Part shown: piece by piece, positions 49,801 to 58,183 of the stretch
Numbering within the stretch: position 1 is the first letter of the stretch
Layout of the letters: the number at the start of each line of letters is the position of its first letter
Source: Candidatus Latescibacterota bacterium
GTDB lineage: Bacteria > Latescibacterota > UBA2968 > UBA8231
Length of the DNA: 64,000 bases
Assembly: GCA_965219385.1 (NCBI GenBank)
Contig: CBDCNM010000002.1
Location: 1,792,936-1,856,935 of the forward strand
Direction: 5' to 3'
Notes under the pieces: generated by a model
Seen by the model: only the letters and a program-made list of their open reading frames with translations
Told to the model about the DNA's origin: nothing
Databases searched by the model: none
Translations under genes and position numbers: made by a program

Positions 49801-50565
49801 ATGTCAGAGGTTGTTGCGGAAGAGGTTACAACAGAAGAAGGCCCGCCCGAAGAGGTCTTATCGGGCCCCAAGACGATCGCCCTGCAGCTGCGCATGCGGG
49901 AAGAGATTCTCCTGCGCCTGTTGCCGCGAGACGAGCATGGCAAGGGGCCGGTAGGCCGCCTGCGCCGGGAGATGGGGATGCTGCCGGGGGTCTTGTATGG
50001 ACACCAGCAGGAGCCTCTCTCTTTCAAGGTGGAGGCCCTGTTGCTTGAGCGGCTTTTGAGCAAGGGCGCCCAGAACGCCACTTTCATGGTCGAGATCGAA
50101 GGTGCGGACCAGGAGGTCCAGCGCGCCGTGGTGCGCGAAATCCAGTACCACAAGGTCCGGGGAGATATCCTGCACGTGGACCTGCTGCGCATAAATCCCG
50201 AAGAGAAACTGCGGGTCAGCGTACCGCTGATTGCGCAGGGCATCCCGGCCGGGGTGCGCACCGGCGGCGCTCTCCAGCAGTCGCTTGCGGCCATCGAGGT
50301 GGAGTGTGTGGCCAGCGAGCTGCCCAGCGGCATCGAGATTGATGTATCCCCGCTCGAGGTGGGCGACAGCGTCCACGTGAGGGACCTGCTGGAGCAGGAA
50401 AGCCGCATCCTGGCCGATCCCGAGCGCACCGTCTGCACGGTGCTGGCGCCGCGGCTCATTGAGGAAGCCGCCGAGGGCGAGGAAGTTGCCGAAGGCGAGG
50501 AAGTTGCCGAAGGCGAGGAAGTTGCCGAAGGCGAGGAAGCCGCCGAGGGCAGCGCCGAAGAATAG
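49801..50565 (+). CDS. rplY: 50S ribosomal protein L25/Ctc
   Basis: GKG...RLRR...PGVLYG, REIQYH...LHVDL, GVRTGG and an acidic tail. Confidence 0.93.
   Translation: MSEVVAEEVTTEEGPPEEVLSGPKTIALQLRMREEILLRLLPRDEHGKGPVGRLRREMGMLPGVLYGHQQEPLSFKVEALLLERLLSKGAQNATFMVEIEGADQEVQRAVVREIQYHKVRGDILHVDLLRINPEEKLRVSVPLIAQGIPAGVRTGGALQQSLAAIEVECVASELPSGIEIDVSPLEVGDSVHVRDLLEQESRILADPERTVCTVLAPRLIEEAAEGEEVAEGEEVAEGEEVAEGEEAAEGSAEE
50461..50550 (+). repeat. 18-bp tandem repeat, 5 copies, encoding EE(V/A)AEG
   Basis: GAGGAAGTTGCCGAAGGC three times, flanked by two GAGGAAGCCGCCGAGGGC copies. Confidence 0.95.
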
Positions 50566-50584
50566 GCCGCCGGGGCGGAGCGTT

Positions 50585-51145
50585 TTGCACCTTGTCGTCG
50601 GGCTGGGGAATCCCGGCTCCCGCTATGCCTCGACGCGCCACAACATTGGTTTCATGGTGGTAGATCGCCTGGCGCAGGAGGGCCGCAGGGCGTGGAGCTC
50701 CGACCAGGAGACCCGCAGCCAACTGGCCCTGGTCGAGTTGGCCGGGAGCGAGGCGCTCCTGGTCAAGCCCCAGACCTATATGAACAACAGCGGGGAGGCC
50801 ATCCGGGCCCTGCACCTGCGGCTGGGCTTTGAGCCGGGCGAAATCCTGGTAGTGATGGATGATTTTCTCCTGGATTTCGGGTGCTTGCGCTTGCGCCGCA
50901 AGGGCAGTGACGGAGGGCACAACGGACTGGCCTCGGTGATCGAAAAGATGCGCTCCCAGGACATCCCGCGACTGCGGATGGGGCTAGGGAGTCCAGCGCC
51001 AGGGCAGGATTCCATTGACTACGTGCTGGCCCCCTTCGGAGAGGACGAAGCCGTGGAAGAACTGGTCGAACGGGGTTGTCGGGCGGTGGAGTCCTTCGTG
51101 GAAGAAGGCATTGACACGGCCATGAACCGCTTTAACAGTTGTTGA
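50585..51145 (+). CDS. pth: Peptidyl-tRNA hydrolase
   Basis: LVVGLGNPG..Y..TRHNIGF, KPQTYMNNSG and GGHNGL; TTG start after GGAG. Confidence 0.96.
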   Translation: MHLVVGLGNPGSRYASTRHNIGFMVVDRLAQEGRRAWSSDQETRSQLALVELAGSEALLVKPQTYMNNSGEAIRALHLRLGFEPGEILVVMDDFLLDFGCLRLRRKGSDGGHNGLASVIEKMRSQDIPRLRMGLGSPAPGQDSIDYVLAPFGEDEAVEELVERGCRAVESFVEEGIDTAMNRFNSC

Positions 51146-51166
51146 AATTTTCACCCAAGGGGGGTT

Positions 51167-53230
51167 ATGGATACCTGGACCACAGTGGCGCCCATACTGG
51201 GCATAATCGGCTTGCTCTTTGCTTTTTTTATTTACCTGTTCATTAAAAAGCATTCCTCCGGCTCCCAGCAGATGGTCGATATTTCCGAGGCGATCCACGA
51301 AGGGGCCATGGCGTTTCTCAAGCGGGAGTACTCCATCCTGCTGATCTTCATTGCCATCGTCTTTGTGCTGCTCTTCGTCGTCCTGGAGGATCCGCGCACG
51401 TCCTATGCCTTTCTGGTGGGCGCCGCCTGTTCGATTCTGGCGGGTTTCACCGGCATGAAAGCGGCGACCCGGGCCAATGTGCGCACGGCCCAGGCCGCCA
51501 ACCAGGAGGGCCAGGGACCGGCCCTGAACCTGGCTTTTATGGGCGGCTCCGTCATGGGTCTGGCCGTGGCCAGTCTCGGTTTGCTGGGTGTGGGAACCCT
51601 TGGTCAGGTGTTTGGTGTGTGGGAGGACATCGATAATGCCGCGGTCATCAACGGTTTTGCCATGGGCGCCAGTTCCATCGCCCTTTTCGCCCGCGTGGGC
51701 GGCGGCATCTTCACCAAGACGGCGGATGTGGGGGCGGACCTGGTGGGCAAGGTGGAGGCCGGCATTCCCGAGGACGATCCGCGCAATCCCGCGGTGATTG
51801 CCGACAATGTCGGCGACAACGTCGGCGACGTGGCGGGCATGGGCGCGGATATCTTCGAGTCCTACGTGGGTTCGGTCATTGCCACCATCGCCATCGCCGC
51901 TACCGCGTCGGTCGCCCTGATCGGCAACCTGGCGCCGGCTATCGGGGATCCAACCCAGGCCAGGATGGCGGCCATGGGCTACCCGTTGATGGTGATCATG
52001 ATCGGCCTGGTAGCCTCGTTGATCGGGGTGCTGGCGGTGCGCGTGCTGCAAAACATCAACCCGGGCTCGGCGCTGCGCTATTCCACCTTCATCGCCGCGG
52101 GCCTGCTGCTGCTCGCGGCCTATTTTCTCACCCAGTCCATGCAGCTCTCCCCCGGTGTTTTCTGGGCCATGCTCTCCGGCTGTCTGGCCGGGATTCTGAT
52201 TGGTCTGCTGACCGAGTACTACACCGGCGGCAAGCCGATCCGCGACATTGCCGAGGCCTCCAAGACCGGTTCGGCGACCAATATCATCACCGGCTTGGCC
52301 GTGGGCATGGAGAGCACGGCCCTGCCGGTCCTGGGCATCGTCGTCTCCATCGGGCTGGCTTATTACTTTGCCGGTCTTTACGGCATCGGCATCGCCGCGG
52401 TGGGCATGCTCGCCACCGTGGGCATCACCATGTCCGTGGACGCCTACGGCCCCATCGCCGACAATGCCGGCGGCATCACCGAGATGGCCGGCCTGGGAGA
52501 TGATACCCGCAAGATCACCGACGGGCTGGATTCCCTGGGCAATACCACGGCGGCTATCGGCAAGGGATTTGCCATTGGCTCGGCCGCCCTGACTGCCCTG
52601 GCCCTGTTCTCGGCTTATACCTCCGCGGTAAAAGAGTTCAGCGGCAAGGCCATCGTCATCGACGTGACCAGTCCCAACGTGGTCATCGGGCTCTTCATCG
52701 GGGCCGTCATTCCCTACCTGGTAGCGGCCATGACCATGACGGCCGTAGGGCGGGTGGCCTTCAAGATGGTCGAAGAGGTGCGCCGGCAGTTCAGGGATAT
52801 CCCGGGTCTGATGGAGGGCACGGGCAAGCCGGATACCCGCCGGTGCGTGGATATCAGCACCGGCGGAGCGCTCAGGGAGATGATCCTGCCGGGTCTGGTG
52901 GCCGTGATCGCGCCGGTCGTGGTCGGCTTTATCCTGGGGCCGGTGGCCCTGGGCGGCATGCTGGCCGGAGCCACGGTGAGCGGGGTGTTGCTGGCCCTGA
53001 TGATGTCCAATGGCGGGGGCGCCTGGGACAATGCCAAGAAGTGGATCGAGGAGGGCAATCTGGGAGGCAAGGGCTCCGAGACCCACAAAGCCGCCGTGGT
53101 GGGCGACACCGTGGGAGACCCATTCAAGGATACCTCGGGGCCGTCGATGAACATCCTCATCAAGCTGATGTCCGTGGTGTCCCTGGTACTGGCGCCGCTT
53201 TTCGTCCAATACGGCCTGAAACTGTTCTAG
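51167..53230 (+). CDS. hppA: Membrane-bound cation-pumping pyrophosphatase (K+-dependent type)
   Basis: [41 protein letters not shown] and [14 protein letters not shown]. Confidence 0.96.
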   Translation: MDTWTTVAPILGIIGLLFAFFIYLFIKKHSSGSQQMVDISEAIHEGAMAFLKREYSILLIFIAIVFVLLFVVLEDPRTSYAFLVGAACSILAGFTGMKAATRANVRTAQAANQEGQGPALNLAFMGGSVMGLAVASLGLLGVGTLGQVFGVWEDIDNAAVINGFAMGASSIALFARVGGGIFTKTADVGADLVGKVEAGIPEDDPRNPAVIADNVGDNVGDVAGMGADIFESYVGSVIATIAIAATASVALIGNLAPAIGDPTQARMAAMGYPLMVIMIGLVASLIGVLAVRVLQNINPGSALRYSTFIAAGLLLLAAYFLTQSMQLSPGVFWAMLSGCLAGILIGLLTEYYTGGKPIRDIAEASKTGSATNIITGLAVGMESTALPVLGIVVSIGLAYYFAGLYGIGIAAVGMLATVGITMSVDAYGPIADNAGGITEMAGLGDDTRKITDGLDSLGNTTAAIGKGFAIGSAALTALALFSAYTSAVKEFSGKAIVIDVTSPNVVIGLFIGAVIPYLVAAMTMTAVGRVAFKMVEEVRRQFRDIPGLMEGTGKPDTRRCVDISTGGALREMILPGLVAVIAPVVVGFILGPVALGGMLAGATVSGVLLALMMSNGGGAWDNAKKWIEEGNLGGKGSETHKAAVVGDTVGDPFKDTSGPSMNILIKLMSVVSLVLAPLFVQYGLKLF

Positions 53231-53254
53231 GCTACACACAGAGAAAGCAAAGAT

Positions 53255-53755
53255 ATGAAGAACTACGAACTGGCCTGCATCCTCGATCCTCAGCTCGGCG
53301 GTACCAGCCTTGAAGAGGTGATCGAAAACTACGAGAACCACCTCAGGGCCAACGGCGCCGAGATAAGCCACATAGATCGCTGGGGCCTGCGCAAACTGGC
53401 CTACTCCTCGGTGGGTTTGAAAAAACGCCGGCAGGGCTACTACGTACTCTTTCAGTTCGCGGCCGAGCCGGCTCTGCTCCCGCCCCTCGAGCAACGCCTG
53501 AAGCTGGACGAGGGGGTCCTCCGCTTTATGGTCATCTCGGTCCAGGGCGAGTTTTTGCGGGTGCCGCAACTGGCGCCCGACAGCGAGATTCTGCGCGAGA
53601 GCCGGCCCCCGCGCGAAGCCGAGATCTCCCGGCCTCCCGCTCCTGAAAGGCAGCAAGAGACCGCCGAGGAACCCACCAAGGAGGAAGAGGGTGAAAAAGG
53701 CCCTGAGCAGGTCGAGGACGCAGAGACGCCGCAAGAAGCCGAAGCAGCCCGCTAG
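53255..53755 (+). CDS. rpsF: 30S ribosomal protein S6 with acidic C-terminal extension
   Basis: MKNYEL..ILDP, WGLRKLAY, GYY and VLRFM. Confidence 0.93.
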   Translation: MKNYELACILDPQLGGTSLEEVIENYENHLRANGAEISHIDRWGLRKLAYSSVGLKKRRQGYYVLFQFAAEPALLPPLEQRLKLDEGVLRFMVISVQGEFLRVPQLAPDSEILRESRPPREAEISRPPAPERQQETAEEPTKEEEGEKGPEQVEDAETPQEAEAAR

Positions 53756-53797
53756 TTTTCCTCCCGTCCGAGTCCCGGCCGCACAGGTGCTTGTCGG

Positions 53798-54676
53798 ATG
53801 TTGCTGTTAGTGGGAATTGGGTTGGCCGCGGTCGCGTTGTTGGCCTGGCTGCTGGTGGGGGCCGGGCTGGCCGCCGCCGCGCTGCTGGCCTGCAGGAAAC
53901 ACGGCGCGCGGCGCGCGCTGCTCTGGACGGTTCTGGCTGCGCTGGGCATCACCTGGTTGTTCGACCAGATTCTGGGGATCGCTCCCCTCGTGGGGCTCAT
54001 CCTCGGGTTTCAGGTGGAACGCCGACAAGGCTACGGTCGGATCCTGGCCGCCGCTGCCCTGCCCGTGGTCGTGCAGGCCCTGCTGCTCCTGGCGGCGCAC
54101 GAAACCCTGCCGCGCGAGGAGTTGATGGCGCGGGTGCTGGAACAGCAGGCCCAGCTGGAGCGCATGGGTTGGCCGCTGGAAGGTGGAGCAAAGGCCTTGC
54201 AGGAGACCGTGTTTTTCCTGGTGCGTTTGCTGCCCGGCACTGTGTTTGTGTTCATGATGCTTACTGCTGTCGTGGCCTACCGGCTGGGTCAGATCGCGGC
54301 CGGCCGCTTTCAGGTGGCGCTGCCAGCGGCCCTGCCTTTCAGGTTGTGGCGGCCCTGGAGCCAGATGATCTGGGTGCTGATCGCCGGACTGGCTCTAAAG
54401 CTACTGGGCAGCGGCAGGGCAGAGGACCTGGGTCTCAACCTGATGATGGTGATGGGGGTCCTCTACGCGGTCCAGGGTCTGGCTGTCGTGCGTTTTTACG
54501 CGGGGCGTCTGGGCATATCCCCGCTGCTGGAGCTTGTTTTCTATCTGGTTTTGATCGGTTCGGGGGGCGCTGTGTTTTTCTTTCCATGTCTGGGTCTGCT
54601 GGACACTTGGTTCGACTGGCGGCGGCTTGAGTCCGTGGCCGATCAGCCCCCCGCCGGGGGAGGGGAGACGGGGTGA
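53798..54676 (+). CDS. DUF2232 (YybS-like) membrane protein
   Basis: Multi-TM with QGLAVV and GLLDTWFDWR; typical position before rplI. Confidence 0.85.
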   Translation: MLLLVGIGLAAVALLAWLLVGAGLAAAALLACRKHGARRALLWTVLAALGITWLFDQILGIAPLVGLILGFQVERRQGYGRILAAAALPVVVQALLLLAAHETLPREELMARVLEQQAQLERMGWPLEGGAKALQETVFFLVRLLPGTVFVFMMLTAVVAYRLGQIAAGRFQVALPAALPFRLWRPWSQMIWVLIAGLALKLLGSGRAEDLGLNLMMVMGVLYAVQGLAVVRFYAGRLGISPLLELVFYLVLIGSGGAVFFFPCLGLLDTWFDWRRLESVADQPPAGGGETG

Positions 54677-54723
54677 TTGGGCAGGAGATTCTCGCGAGTT
54701 TTTTACCAGGAGGACTTATATAA

Positions 54724-55167
54724 TTGAAAGTAATTTTGCTGAAAGACATAGAGCATTTGGGACAGGCCGGAGAGGTGGTACAGGTAGCCGATGGTTTGGG
54801 GCGCAACTTTCTCATTCCCCAACGACAGGCCCTGGTGGCCACGGACGCCAACAGGGCCCAGTTCGAGTCCTGGCGCAAGCAGCACGTAGCCGCGGCCGAA
54901 AAAGAGCTGCGAGCGGCTGAGATCCTGGCTAAAACGCTCAAAAAGGATTCGCTCACGGCCATGGTGCGGGTTGGCGAAGAGGATCGTCTCTTCGGTTCGG
55001 TGACAGCGCAGAATATCGCCGACTTGCTGGCGGAGAAGAACTACGAGATTGATCGCCGCGCCCTCGAACTGGAGGAACCCATTCGCGCCCTCGGCGTATA
55101 CAATATCGAGGTTCGCCTGCATCCCCAGGTCAAGGCCACGGTTAAGCTCTGGGTGGTCAAAGAGTAA
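54724..55167 (+). CDS. rplI: 50S ribosomal protein L9
   Basis: MKVILLKDI..LG..GEVV.VADG.GRNFLIP, LFGSVT and PIRALG. Confidence 0.97.
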   Translation: MKVILLKDIEHLGQAGEVVQVADGLGRNFLIPQRQALVATDANRAQFESWRKQHVAAAEKELRAAEILAKTLKKDSLTAMVRVGEEDRLFGSVTAQNIADLLAEKNYEIDRRALELEEPIRALGVYNIEVRLHPQVKATVKLWVVKE

Positions 55168-55183
55168 AAAGTCGGAGAAAACC

Positions 55184-56071
55184 ATGCCGTTGAGAGGGGT
55201 GCTGTTCGTCCTGACCTGCGCACTGGCGACGGGATGTGCCCCCGAGAGGCAACCAGGCCCCTTTGAGCTGACCGAAGAAAAGGTGTGGAAGGTCGTCAAC
55301 CGCAATCACCGGGGCGGCGACGGCATCTACCTGCAGGCGGCCTTCCACACCTTTGCCTACGAGATCGTCAAGGCCTATGCAACGGCCGAAGAGCAGGACC
55401 TGGATCAGGGGCAGCTGGAGAGCCGCCTCAAGGAGCTGATCTATCGGCACGCCATCAGCGACTACCCGGCCCAGGACGGCACCGACATCAACAGTCTGTA
55501 CATCCAGTACCTGATCTATGTAAACCCCTCCTTTGATCCGGCCAACCCCCTGCAGAAAAAGGTCTTCGACAACTGGACGGCCCAGTACGTGCGCCAGGTA
55601 CTGGACAAGGTCTACGACCGCAACTTCCCCATGCTGCGGAACTACTACGACGAGCGCTGGGGCACGACTCTGTACAGCCGCTTGATCTTCTTCGTTTATC
55701 TGGACAATACCGATTCATACCTGCAGCCCCGCATTGACGATATCGGCGAGCACACCTTCCTGGTGGACGATCTGGGAAACCGCTACAGCTCCAGTGGCAT
55801 GGCCGGCCCCTACCCGTACGAGTCCAATCGTCCCAGGGAGACCCACCTGAAGGACAAGCTGGTGTACCCGGTTTTTTTCCCGAACCGCCAGGCCGACCAC
55901 AAGACCCCGATCATCACCCCGCAATCCAGGTACATACAACTGGAGATAGAAGGTCTGGGGGGGGAAAAGGTGCGGAATCTGCGCTGGAATTTGCCGCTGC
56001 AATACCCCGAGATGCCCTCGCGCCGCCTGCCTTCGGCGGCCGAGAAAGCGGCTCTATCCAGCGAAAGGTAG
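55184..56071 (+). CDS. Hypothetical lipoprotein
   Basis: GGAG RBS and a signal peptide with lipobox LATGC; no family recognised. Confidence 0.7.
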   Translation: MPLRGVLFVLTCALATGCAPERQPGPFELTEEKVWKVVNRNHRGGDGIYLQAAFHTFAYEIVKAYATAEEQDLDQGQLESRLKELIYRHAISDYPAQDGTDINSLYIQYLIYVNPSFDPANPLQKKVFDNWTAQYVRQVLDKVYDRNFPMLRNYYDERWGTTLYSRLIFFVYLDNTDSYLQPRIDDIGEHTFLVDDLGNRYSSSGMAGPYPYESNRPRETHLKDKLVYPVFFPNRQADHKTPIITPQSRYIQLEIEGLGGEKVRNLRWNLPLQYPEMPSRRLPSAAEKAALSSER

Positions 56072-56107
56072 CTAGGGCGGCTATGTTTGTGACCTAGGAG
56101 ACTCGAT

Positions 56108-56917
56108 ATGTTGACCCAGGAACAAGTGAATCATTTCGAAACCTTTGGCTTTCTGATCCTCAGGCAGGCTTTCGGCCCGGCGGAAATGGAGCAAATCACC
56201 GGTGCGGCCAACCAGCTCTGGGCTGGGGAACTGCGGCGCAACCCCGGTGCCACCGATCTGGCCATGGCCCCCTTTATCGAGCTTAGGTCTTCGCTGGCCT
56301 GGCTGGCGGAGGACGACCGCCTCTACACGGCCATGGAACAACTTCTGGGCAGCAGCTTCATCTGGTCCGGGTCGGAGGGCCAAAACGGCATCCGCCCCGA
56401 ACCGGCGCACGACTGGCACGCCGACCGCCCCACGACGCGGGAGCTGGACTATCTTCGCATCAAGATCATGCTCTACCTGTCGCCTATGAAAAAAGAAGAG
56501 GGTGCGCTGCGGGTCATTCCCGGCTCCCACCGCGATCCCCTGCACACCCAGCTACACCCATTTCAGGCCGTGCACGGCCAAACAAACCCGACCTTCTTCG
56601 ACCTGCCCGGCTCCGAGGTGCCCTGTTACGCCCTGGAGACGCATCCGGGAGACGCCGCCGTGTTCAGCCAGAGCCTTTTCCACGGCGTCTACGACAAGGT
56701 GCCAGATCGGCGCTACATCGCGCTGAAATACGCTGCCCGCCCGACCACGGACGCCCATTTGGCCTCCCTGTATCACTACTCCCCCTATGCCTTCAAGCCA
56801 CACGGTTCGTTCGTCGATAGCGACAGACCACGCATTCAGAGTATGGTCGACAACCTCGTCCAGCTGGGTGACAGGGCCGCCCGCCTGGTACCGGAGTATT
56901 ACCCTGTCAACCCCTGA
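56108..56917 (+). CDS. Phytanoyl-CoA dioxygenase (PhyH) family Fe(II)/2OG oxygenase
   Basis: LTQEQV..FETFGFL, WHAD, GALRVIPGSH and PGD...FHG. Confidence 0.9.
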   Translation: MLTQEQVNHFETFGFLILRQAFGPAEMEQITGAANQLWAGELRRNPGATDLAMAPFIELRSSLAWLAEDDRLYTAMEQLLGSSFIWSGSEGQNGIRPEPAHDWHADRPTTRELDYLRIKIMLYLSPMKKEEGALRVIPGSHRDPLHTQLHPFQAVHGQTNPTFFDLPGSEVPCYALETHPGDAAVFSQSLFHGVYDKVPDRRYIALKYAARPTTDAHLASLYHYSPYAFKPHGSFVDSDRPRIQSMVDNLVQLGDRAARLVPEYYPVNP

Positions 56918-57893
56918 ACATGGACTCGTCGATCCAGCCGGGCTTGTAGTGGCGCGGCGACCAGTCCTCCGGAACGCTGTCCGGCGCCACGAAAGAGCCG
57001 CCCTTTTCCAGGTGGGAGTAGTACCCGGCCAGGAAGATCTGGACCTTCTTGCGGATGATGTCGAAGGATTGGAACGGCTCCCCCTGAAAGCTTTTCTGCA
57101 TCGCCAGAAGCTGAGGCGCAAAGAAGTGGTAGAGGGTTTCTCCAGGGTCCGGGCTGCGGGTCATTTCGACGGCGTCGATCCCCTTGTCGCCGACGACATG
57201 GAGAGAGAGATAGGGCGTCTCCTGGTTGGCGTGGAGGGTGGCCAGAAACGGGGGCTGGTCGTCCCCGCCCCTGAATAGAAGGGTGTCCTGGAGGTAGGTG
57301 CAATCGCGCTCGTCGTCGGTCAGCAGAGATACCTGGTCCACCTCGTAGCCGAGCACCCGCAGGAGGAAGAACGGAAGGTGAAAGTGGCCCGGGTACTCCT
57401 TGCTGTTGCACACCCCGTAGACCGATTGGATCACCCCGATACTGGACAGCCGGTCCTTCAGGATAGAGGCCTGGATGAAGTGCTCGAACACGTTGGTGGC
57501 CATGATCGGTGTGTGGCGTTTGGCGGCCAGGTCCAGGAGGGCGTCGAGGTCGCGCAGACGATAAGAGAAGGGGCGGCTCAGGTAGGTCGGCACGCCCGCC
57601 TCCACATAGGGTCTGGCCAGCAAATGCTGCCAGGGGACCTCGTAGAAGCCGCCCAAGGCGATGGCGTCGACCTGGCCGAGCATGCCGTCGTAGTGCTCGA
57701 CCACCTCGCAGCCGTAGTGGTCGGCGAATCCGGCGGCCAGCTGCGGATTGACGTCCCAGCAGTGGGTTACCTCCAGGTGCAGGAGCGGCGAGCCGAAGGG
57801 TCCCTGCTCTGAGAGGGCTTCGGCCCATATGCCCCAGAAGGAGTACTCGCCCACACTGAGTGCTCCCAGGCGGATTTTCTTGTTTTCGGCCAT
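56907..57893 (-). CDS. Gfo/Idh/MocA-like oxidoreductase
   Basis: KIRLG Rossmann start, THCWD, VDAI and LARPYVEAGVPTYLSRPF; AAGGAG RBS before ATG 57893. Confidence 0.7.
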   Translation of the reverse strand: MAENKKIRLGALSVGEYSFWGIWAEALSEQGPFGSPLLHLEVTHCWDVNPQLAAGFADHYGCEVVEHYDGMLGQVDAIALGGFYEVPWQHLLARPYVEAGVPTYLSRPFSYRLRDLDALLDLAAKRHTPIMATNVFEHFIQASILKDRLSSIGVIQSVYGVCNSKEYPGHFHLPFFLLRVLGYEVDQVSLLTDDERDCTYLQDTLLFRGGDDQPPFLATLHANQETPYLSLHVVGDKGIDAVEMTRSPDPGETLYHFFAPQLLAMQKSFQGEPFQSFDIIRKKVQIFLAGYYSHLEKGGSFVAPDSVPEDWSPRHYKPGWIDESMFRG

Positions 57894-58183
57894 TGGCTCT
57901 CCTTTTGTGAAAGACGGGGGTTTTACCCGGCGGAAATAACAACCTCTGCAAGTTCCAGAGGACAAATAAGGTCTCTTTCCGGCCTGAATGTCAAGCAATG
58001 CGCGCACCTTCGAGGTCTGGCCCGCGTAGCCGCTTTCTACGTAAGTCTGTTGCCCACCAGCCCCCCCAAAGCTATATTTGCGGCTGTACGAAGCCAGGCG
58101 CCCCGGCATTGTTACTGTCATTTTTACAATTTCGAGTCGTATTCATGCGTAGCACTGCTGAGTGATTTCCTATTGGAGTGATT

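Noticed and set aside
50461..50550. Possible CRISPR array
   Set aside because: Contiguous in-frame 18-bp units without spacers, encoding the acidic L25 tail. No CRISPR array or cas gene was seen anywhere in the window.
50984..53734. 916-aa minus-strand ORF
   Set aside because: Antisense shadow of hppA and rpsF. High-GC codon bias suppresses stops on the opposite strand and no motifs are recognisable.
49704..58183. tRNA-Gln as the integration site of the defence island
   Set aside because: The tRNA is flanked by housekeeping genes, and I saw no duplicated tRNA 3' end or integrase near the island's left edge.
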